DNA of 64,000 nucleotides from an uncultured Chlamydiales bacterium (GTDB lineage Bacteria; Chlamydiota; Chlamydiia; Chlamydiales; FEN-1388): NCBI GenBank assembly GCA_963826935.1, contig CAWGYH010000005.1, positions 704,608 to 768,607 of the forward strand, read 5' to 3'. Shown piece by piece: positions 58,141 to 64,000 of this stretch (position 1 is its first letter; each line of letters starts with the position of its first letter). The notes under the pieces were generated by a model. It saw only the letters and a program-made list of their open reading frames with translations, ran no database searches and was not told where the DNA came from. The position numbers and the translations under genes were made by a program.

Positions 58141-58727
58141 AATACTATCTTGAAATTACAATCACTGAAAATAAAACATTAAATTTATACGCACTTTGGT
58201 CGCATCTTTACACGCAACTTCACCTTGCTTTAGTGGAGATAAAAGATGTGGATGAGAAGGTTCGTATTGGTTTTTCATTTCCAGAATACCGCTATGATGC
58301 AGATGCAAACATTGGCTTTTTGGGCGCTAAGTGTCGATTGTTCGCGCCAGATGAAGCTATCTTAACCCAATTAGCTATCTCAAAATGGCTCGACAAATTG
58401 TCAGAATATGTGCATATTACAGCCATTAGTGCTGTTCCTGCTATAGTTAAGGGTTATGCTGTATATCAAAAACTTGGTCTAAAAACAAATCCTCAGCGGC
58501 AGGCAAGAAGGCTTGCAAAACGGAAAAATCTTTCCTTTGATCAAGCGCTCGAAATGTATGCTGATTTTGAACCAGCTAAGTGTAATTTTCCTTATGTTCA
58601 GCTTAAAAGTCTATCAAGCCAACAATCATTTAGACTTATTATTAGAAAAAGACAGGAGACAGGGTTAAAATCTGGGATGTTTAACACATACGGCTTGAGC
58701 TCAAGCATAACAGTGCCTGAATTTTAA
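58137..58727 (+). CDS. cas6f: Cas6f (Csy4) crRNA endoribonuclease
   Basis: Colinear with P. aeruginosa Csy4: YYLEITI (HYLDIRL), RIGFSFPEY (RIGVSFPDL), QRQARRLAKRKNLS (ERLRRRLMRRHDLS), FPYVQLKSLSSQQSFRLIIRK (LPFVTLRSQSTGQHFRLFIRH), FNTYGLSSSITVPEF (FTCYGLSKGGFVPWF). Confidence 0.9.
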   Translation: MKYYLEITITENKTLNLYALWSHLYTQLHLALVEIKDVDEKVRIGFSFPEYRYDADANIGFLGAKCRLFAPDEAILTQLAISKWLDKLSEYVHITAISAVPAIVKGYAVYQKLGLKTNPQRQARRLAKRKNLSFDQALEMYADFEPAKCNFPYVQLKSLSSQQSFRLIIRKRQETGLKSGMFNTYGLSSSITVPEF

Positions 58728-59047
58728 TCGTTCTTTTATAACACCTGTTTGTAAATTCTAATTTCTATTGATTTTTACAACGAATTATGGTTAACGAAGA
58801 TAATAAATTTACTTTCGATCGAAAACAAAATATTATAAATTAATTTTATACTATTTACATTGTCAAGAGTGTGTGTATTATAAGTAAAGAGTAAATAGTG
58901 ATCGACTTAAAGACTATCGAAAAATTTTCTCTAATTCATAAGTCCTTGAAAGTAAATAGACTGAAATTCGAGTAAATAAAAAGGGTCATCACGGGCTCTT
59001 AACTCTTATTCTGTTGATATGTAATAAGATACGTCAATTCAATGACA
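58728..59047 (+). promoter_or_regulatory. CRISPR leader (AT-rich)
   Basis: 320-bp AT-rich non-coding stretch between the cas6f stop and the first repeat, in the transcription direction implied by the I-F repeat orientation. Confidence 0.6.
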
Positions 59048-59615
59048 GTTCACTGCCGCATAGGCAGCTTAGAAGAACGAGAGAGGCTTTTGTAGAAATT
59101 GTACAAAGTTCACTGCCGCATAGGCAGCTTAGAAGATGTAGGCTAATGGACCTTTTGTCATCTTAAGGTTCACTGCCGCATAGGCAGCTTAGAAGAATAA
59201 AGGTGCAGGAAATGGCGGAGTAACTTAGTTCACTGCCGCATAGGCAGCTTAGAAGATCAATAATATTTGCATCGCCCTGCTGCCTCAGTTCACTGCCGCA
59301 TAGGCAGCTTAGAAGACATAAATCACCTCCGAATAAACATTTTATTCGTTCACTGCCGCATAGGCAGCTTAGAAGACGAAAGCCTGGGCGAGATCAGGTT
59401 CATTCTTGTTCACTGCCGCATAGGCAGCTTAGAAGCAACTTCCACCTGAAGTTAGGACTTATTTTGAGTTCACTGCCGCATAGGCAGCTTAGAAGATAAC
59501 CAGCCGATACATGTCATTAACATAAATGTTCACTGCCGCATAGGCAGCTTAGAAGCAACTCAACAGTCCTGACAGGCTTGCGAATAAGTTCACTGCCGCA
59601 TAGGCAGCTTAGAAG
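59048..59615 (+). CRISPR. CRISPR array 1: 10 identical 28-bp type I-F repeats, 9 spacers of 32 bp
   Basis: The repeat GTTCACTGCCGCATAGGCAGCTTAGAAG starts at 59048 and recurs every 60 bp to 59588. The stem CTGCC/GGCAG matches the canonical I-F repeat GTTCACTGCCGTATAGGCAGCTAAGAAA. Confidence 0.97.
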
Positions 59616-59977
59616 TTCAGCGTAACTGAAAATGCCGAATGATGATTAGGAAAATTTTTGTGTATAAAAACTTACTCTAGATATTGTTACGACGGCCGGA
59701 TGCCTTTGGTTTGAGGGACCATTTGGGTTAAGTGGCGGAACAGCCTATGTAGACGTCGTACGCATACGCGAGCGGCTCATGCTAGAATACGACTGGGGCT
59801 GCGAAGCAACAAACCCGAAAAAGCGCATGGCAAACACTCAAAAAATCAAAACTGGCGCGCTTATTTCATTTAACTCAACCCCTTGACCTTAATGGCATCT
59901 TTGAACAGTTAAAGGAAAAGGGTCCTGGCTTGAAAAAAAAGGTCAAAAAAATGCAAACTGTGATACTGTGAGGCCCC

Positions 59978-60187
59978 GTTTTCTGCCGCGTAGGCAGCTT
60001 AGAAGTTGGGACATTATCAAAAGACCCTCAAGTTAATGGTTCACTGCCGTGTAGGCAGCTTAGAAGAAGTTCTTGATCAGGAACAGGATATATATACATG
60101 TCCACTGCCGCGTAGGCAGCTTAGAAGATACTTAGCAGTCACCTCGTCGTAATCGGAGTGTTCACTGCCGCATAGGCAGCTTAGAAG
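59978..60187 (+). CRISPR. CRISPR array 2: 4 repeats (3 variant, last one consensus), spacers 33/33/32 bp
   Basis: Repeats at 59978 (gttTTctgccgcGtaggcagcttagaag), 60039 (gttcactgccgTGtagg...), 60100 (gtCcactgccgcGtagg...) and 60160 (consensus). The hairpin stem is preserved in all four. Confidence 0.9.
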
Positions 60188-60274
60188 TTCAGCGTAACTG
60201 AAAATGCCAAATGATGATTAGGAAAATTGACGCGTTTAAAGAAAAAGGGTTCCTGGCTTGACAAGTAGTAGCCA

Positions 60275-63265
60275 CTAGACTTTGTTATGCCAAGGGAAGG
60301 GGTGTGTTGTTGGTGACGGAACCGGCGCATCTTTTTCTACCATTGTCGTTGCCACTTCAAGGAGGCCGCCGATTAATGATGTGGTGTTGGAGCGGTGCTG
60401 CTGCAGCTTGAGCGCTGTGATTTTGGTTGTGGCAAGGCCTGAGTCGATCTTTGGCGACTGGGTTGTACCGTGGATTGGGATTTGGACCATGTACTTAGGG
60501 TCTAGCTTTGGTATGCCAAAGCCTTTTGCAATGGCTGTGCCGCTAAGACCAAGTGTCATGTCAATTCTGTTTTCTATAAGATTAATAGTGCCCCACGTTG
60601 CAATGGGGAAGGCGTCTGCAAGAAGGGCATCAGAGCGCTTGCAGTTTACGATGCCATTTTTTACTTCAACATAGATCGGCGTAAACCAGAGCGTGACCTC
60701 TTCGGATGTTGCAGGGCTCAGCTTAAAGATGCCTGTAAGAAGCGAGAGCATGCCGCCATTTTTGCAGGTGAGGATGCCCGGCTCAATTTTGATATGGTGG
60801 ATCTTCATTGTCTCAAGTGAAAAGGGCTTTACAGGTATAGAAAAATCTTTAGAGTCGATATGCAGTTTGATAGGGGTTTCTGTACGCGCTGCCGTGACAA
60901 GCAGTGGGTTGATATCTTTTAAAAGCACAGCGCCCGCTTCCGGCGTAAGAGTGTATTCAGCAGTAATTGGCTTTTCAAGAGTAAGTATGCCCTCTTTTAA
61001 AAGGCAGGCAACTTCAGAATTTAGACGCGGGCTTTCAAGTTTTCCCCGAAAAGCTCCCTCATGCATATCTTTGAGATCGGCCTTTATGTTTATATCCAGA
61101 TGTTGGCCGAAGAGCGCTACAACCTTATCAGCAGTTTCAGGTTTTGCTGTGAGACTGTAGAAGATATCAAGAGGCAGGTTTTTGATTTTGGTGTCAACTA
61201 AGATGCGGGCGTTATCAAGAGCTAGGCCCTCTTCGGTCCAAAGATCTGATGCTGTACCTTTTATAGCTATCTCTGCAGCGGTTTTATCTGAGCTTTTTTT
61301 GCTTTCGCAGCTAAAAGTTATGAGCCTTTCTTTTCCCACAAGCTCTGCTATGATCTCTACCGGCGGAATAACGAGGCTTTTTTTCTCTTTTTGCGAAAGG
61401 GTGATGGAGCTTAGAGAGAGCGTGGCATGCATAAGGCTTGAGTCAAGAAGCTCGACACTATTTGATCCTTTAAGCCCAACTTTTACATTTTTGAGGTTGA
61501 AGGCAACGTCTAAAGGCTCTTGCAGCTTCATCTCCTGCTGCTTTTCGCTTTGCGCAAGGCCAAGCATATTTTGAAGGGTTCTAAAGCGCTCAGGGGAGAT
61601 GTTCCACTGCCCTTTGGCTGTAGCTGTAAGCTCATCTTTTGCTTGAAACTGAAATTCAGTATCAAGGCCATCGCCCTGTATAGCAAGCATGCCGGAGGCA
61701 AATTTTGTTTTTGTGTTGATAGTGCATGGAAGTTGAAACTGCACTTTTGACTCTTTCATCGCCATATTGCCTGTGAGCTGTATACTCACTGTATCATCTT
61801 TTAGCACAATGGGCGATTGAGCAGAAAATGTGATGGGGTTATTTTTTATATCAGCTGATCCGGTAGCTGTTAGGCTGAACTCTTCCGGGCTGTTTTTTAC
61901 AATGCGTACTGTGGTGTCTTTTAAATTTTGAAAGGAGTCTATATGGAACTCTGCATCGGTTTTTTCGCCCATATTGAAGGCAATGGTTGCATCCATTGGG
62001 CCGCTCAAGCTCGCTTTTCCGCGCATTTGGGGGTTTGTAAGGGCGTTATCGATTGTGCAGGCAGCATGAAGCGATTTTACATCCTTATTTTGGGTAACTG
62101 TAATATCTGTCAGCATTTCGATGCTCTCTTGTAGTGAGAGGGCGCTCATGCTTCCAACCATATTCACGGCCAAAAGTTCACCGGACTCTTCATTTTTAAC
62201 AGAAAGAGGGGAGTCAAGCTTCCAAGATATATCAAGGGGCATTTTTCCATCAGGGCCTAGCTGGCCGCTATCGGGTTGCAGCGTTGCAATAAGGTGGGAT
62301 GGTTTTCGTAAAATAAACCCTTCCGGGATAATGCCTGGAATGGCTTCTTGAATTGCGCGAAATAGTTTCGGACGAATCTTCCAGTGTAGTGATCCCTCTT
62401 CTGAAATGGTAACGTTATTGCCCTTAATTTGGCTTTTAAGCTTAGCGTGGAGCTCAGGGCTTTTTACAAAAAGAGAAATTCCCAGTTCGTCGCCGCGAAG
62501 GGTATGTGAAATTTTTGCGTTGAGGTTGGAGCCAAGAGCAGGAAGTAAAAGCTCTGCAAGGCGAGGGTCGGCCATTTTTACAAAGGGGAGGGCTGCCTTT
62601 ACAGGAAAGTGGTCTATATAGCAGTCAAGAGCTACAACGCTTGCTGCACGGCTTTGGCTTGCCTCGCCAAGGGCCTGCTTGTAGGCCTTTTCAAGGTCGG
62701 CAAAGTTTTGGCAGGTAGCGGCAAGGTTTATTGACCCTGTTTCTACTTTGTCTTGATCTTTGTTTTCTATTTGGCAGACAAGCTTTACTTTAGCTTGGCC
62801 TTGGGGCTGTATGTCGATCGCAAGGTGAAGGTCTGAAAGCGTAAGTTCGTTTGCAGGGGAGTTTGTGCGATTTACTGGCTTTTGCTCTGTAAGTACATCC
62901 TCTAAAGAGAAGTGGCCGCTATTTTGATCGTCTATAAGCTGTATTTTAGGGGAGTCAACTTCAATTTTTCCTTCGATTGCAGGGGCATGTATCAGCGATA
63001 GGAGCGCCACATCGCAAGAAATCTTTTTAAAAAGAGCCACCTGGCGACCTTGCGGGTCATGGACCGTTAGCCCCTTTACTGAAATGCCGTCAGTCCAGCC
63101 CACGCGTATCTCCTGGGCATGCAACTTGCCGGCTATGCGTTTATTTATAAAGGAGAGCACAAATTGGTTGACGTGCGTCAGTGAAAGAAGCATTGGGGTA
63201 AATGATATAAGGACAAGCAGGCAGGCTACTGTTACCAGGGCTATTTTAATAATGCGCTTTAGCAT
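60275..63265 (-). CDS. large AsmA/TamB-like envelope protein
   Basis: 996 aa. Single N-terminal TM (IIKIALVTVACLLVLISFTPMLL), a long beta-rich body, and a C-terminal IPIHGTTQSPKID-type motif as in AsmA-like proteins. The family call is tentative. Confidence 0.45.
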   Translation of the reverse strand: MLKRIIKIALVTVACLLVLISFTPMLLSLTHVNQFVLSFINKRIAGKLHAQEIRVGWTDGISVKGLTVHDPQGRQVALFKKISCDVALLSLIHAPAIEGKIEVDSPKIQLIDDQNSGHFSLEDVLTEQKPVNRTNSPANELTLSDLHLAIDIQPQGQAKVKLVCQIENKDQDKVETGSINLAATCQNFADLEKAYKQALGEASQSRAASVVALDCYIDHFPVKAALPFVKMADPRLAELLLPALGSNLNAKISHTLRGDELGISLFVKSPELHAKLKSQIKGNNVTISEEGSLHWKIRPKLFRAIQEAIPGIIPEGFILRKPSHLIATLQPDSGQLGPDGKMPLDISWKLDSPLSVKNEESGELLAVNMVGSMSALSLQESIEMLTDITVTQNKDVKSLHAACTIDNALTNPQMRGKASLSGPMDATIAFNMGEKTDAEFHIDSFQNLKDTTVRIVKNSPEEFSLTATGSADIKNNPITFSAQSPIVLKDDTVSIQLTGNMAMKESKVQFQLPCTINTKTKFASGMLAIQGDGLDTEFQFQAKDELTATAKGQWNISPERFRTLQNMLGLAQSEKQQEMKLQEPLDVAFNLKNVKVGLKGSNSVELLDSSLMHATLSLSSITLSQKEKKSLVIPPVEIIAELVGKERLITFSCESKKSSDKTAAEIAIKGTASDLWTEEGLALDNARILVDTKIKNLPLDIFYSLTAKPETADKVVALFGQHLDINIKADLKDMHEGAFRGKLESPRLNSEVACLLKEGILTLEKPITAEYTLTPEAGAVLLKDINPLLVTAARTETPIKLHIDSKDFSIPVKPFSLETMKIHHIKIEPGILTCKNGGMLSLLTGIFKLSPATSEEVTLWFTPIYVEVKNGIVNCKRSDALLADAFPIATWGTINLIENRIDMTLGLSGTAIAKGFGIPKLDPKYMVQIPIHGTTQSPKIDSGLATTKITALKLQQHRSNTTSLIGGLLEVATTMVEKDAPVPSPTTHPFPWHNKV

Positions 63266-63431
63266 ACGAAATCCTCTTGTTGGGTCAACATTATATCTGA
63301 AGAATCATTTACGAGCCAGTTGCAAAACATATTGAGCCGGACCTGAAGTGCGCAGCAGGTGCCATTATCTGAAAAACCGCAAAGGAAGCGAAGGATATGC
63401 GAAGATATAAGAATATTTTTATGTGCCGGAT

Positions 63432-64000
63432 TTATTCTTCTACTTTTTCGGAGAAAAAGCCGCCGGCTTGCATGTTCCAGAGTTCTGCGTAGTGGCCATC
63501 TTCGATGGCTATTAACTCTTTGTGGGTGCCGTCTTCTACGATGGAGCCATCACAAAATACGAGAATGCGGTCCATGTCAAAGAGAGTTGATAGGCGGTGG
63601 GCGATGACAATGGTTGTTCTTGCGCACATCAGGAGCTTCAAGCTTTCTTGGATATAGTTTTCGGTGACTGAATCAAGCGATGAGGTGGCCTCGTCGAGTA
63701 TGAGTATGGGGGCATTTTTTAAAAGAGCCCTTGCGATGGCTATACGCTGTCTTTGGCCGCCGGAGAGTTTTACGCCGCGCTCGCCAACGAGTGCCTGATA
63801 ACCCTCAGCGAGTTTTTCGATAAACTCATGACAGTGTGCTTTTTTTGAGCATTCGATGACTTCAGCGTCAGTTGCCTCGATGCGGCCGTAACGTATGTTT
63901 TCCATCAGCGTGCGGTGAAAGAGCACAGGATCTTGAGGAATCATGGCAATATGGCTTCTTAGGGACTCTTGGGTTACTTTTTTGATGTCCTGGCCATCAA
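63432..64000 (-). CDS. ABC exporter (MsbA-like) ATP-binding domain, 5' part outside window
   Basis: ABC signature [16 protein letters not shown], Walker [14 protein letters not shown]-loop IVIAHRLST. The frame is open to the window edge. Confidence 0.9.
   Translation of the reverse strand, partial: DGQDIKKVTQESLRSHIAMIPQDPVLFHRTLMENIRYGRIEATDAEVIECSKKAHCHEFIEKLAEGYQALVGERGVKLSGGQRQRIAIARALLKNAPILILDEATSSLDSVTENYIQESLKLLMCARTTIVIAHRLSTLFDMDRILVFCDGSIVEDGTHKELIAIEDGHYAELWNMQAGGFFSEKVEE

Noticed and set aside
53475-58727. Possibility that this is a transposon-associated type I-F3 (CAST) system
   Set aside because: CAST I-F3 loci lack cas3 and carry tnsA/B/C and tniQ. Here cas3 is intact, and no Tn7-like genes occur in the window. 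The short terminal-like motif clusters near 52125 are recorded separately as an open question.
59267-59449. 60-aa ORF with the reiterated peptide VHCRIGSLE
   Set aside because: It is simply the translation of consecutive CRISPR repeats in array 1, not a gene.
59978-60187. Array 2 as a CreA/CreR-type regulatory mini-CRISPR guarding or repressing the cas operon
   Set aside because: I looked for partial complementarity of its three spacers to the cas3 upstream region and the island flanks. I found only about 10-nt chance-level matches (for example tgggacatta at 52179..52188) without a CC PAM. This is not supportable by eye and needs a computed search.
59048-60187. Self-targeting spacers
   Set aside because: By eye, none of the 12 spacers matches anything else in this window. 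This check is neither exhaustive nor genome-wide, so no claim is made either way.

Overview
This 64-kb window reads as an accessory-rich chromosomal region of an amoeba-associated, chlamydia-like bacterium. That origin is an inference from a conserved minus-strand kdsB-pyrG-ruvX arrangement plus many eukaryote-like domains (F-box-like, ankyrin, WD40, LRR, RRM, Ser/Thr kinases, PP2C phosphatases). All functional calls come from motif-level reading of the translations and from repeat structure seen by eye; no database search or computation was possible.

Layout:
- 0-4.9 kb: two paralogous secreted beta-helix proteins (one frameshifted) and a GNAT-like protein.
- 5-27 kb: effector-like hypotheticals, two eukaryotic-type kinases and ordinary enzymes or regulators (AAA ATPase, nitroreductase, LuxR-type regulator, bicupin, S9 peptidase), interspersed with MITE-like palindromic elements.
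- 27.2-31.4 kb: a dead serine-recombinase fragment followed by a four-gene GNAT/WD40/ASCH cluster with shuffled domains.
- 31.5-36.3 kb: a conserved operon (kdsB, pyrG, ruvX, TerC-family protein, GT4 glycosyltransferase).
- 36.5-52 kb: an RRM protein and two PP2C genes. A complete IS481-family element (about 52-bp TIRs, AATC duplication) and an IS110-family transposase are nested in a palindromic repeat. There is also a roughly 3.6-kb ankyrin gene broken by two frameshifts, and an LRR protein.
- 51.8-60.2 kb: the most notable locus. It starts with a truncated IS481 copy and a HEPN-like (Rx4-6H) gene. A compact, AT-rich cas3-cas7fv-cas5fv-cas6f operon follows (a Cas8-less type I-F variant with no cas1/cas2 and Cas3 not fused to Cas2). 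After it come a 10-repeat CRISPR array and, 362 bp later, a degenerate 4-repeat array. The second array ends with a copy of the first array's terminal repeat plus its 41-nt trailer.
- 60.3-64 kb: an AsmA/TamB-like envelope protein and a partial ABC exporter ATPase.
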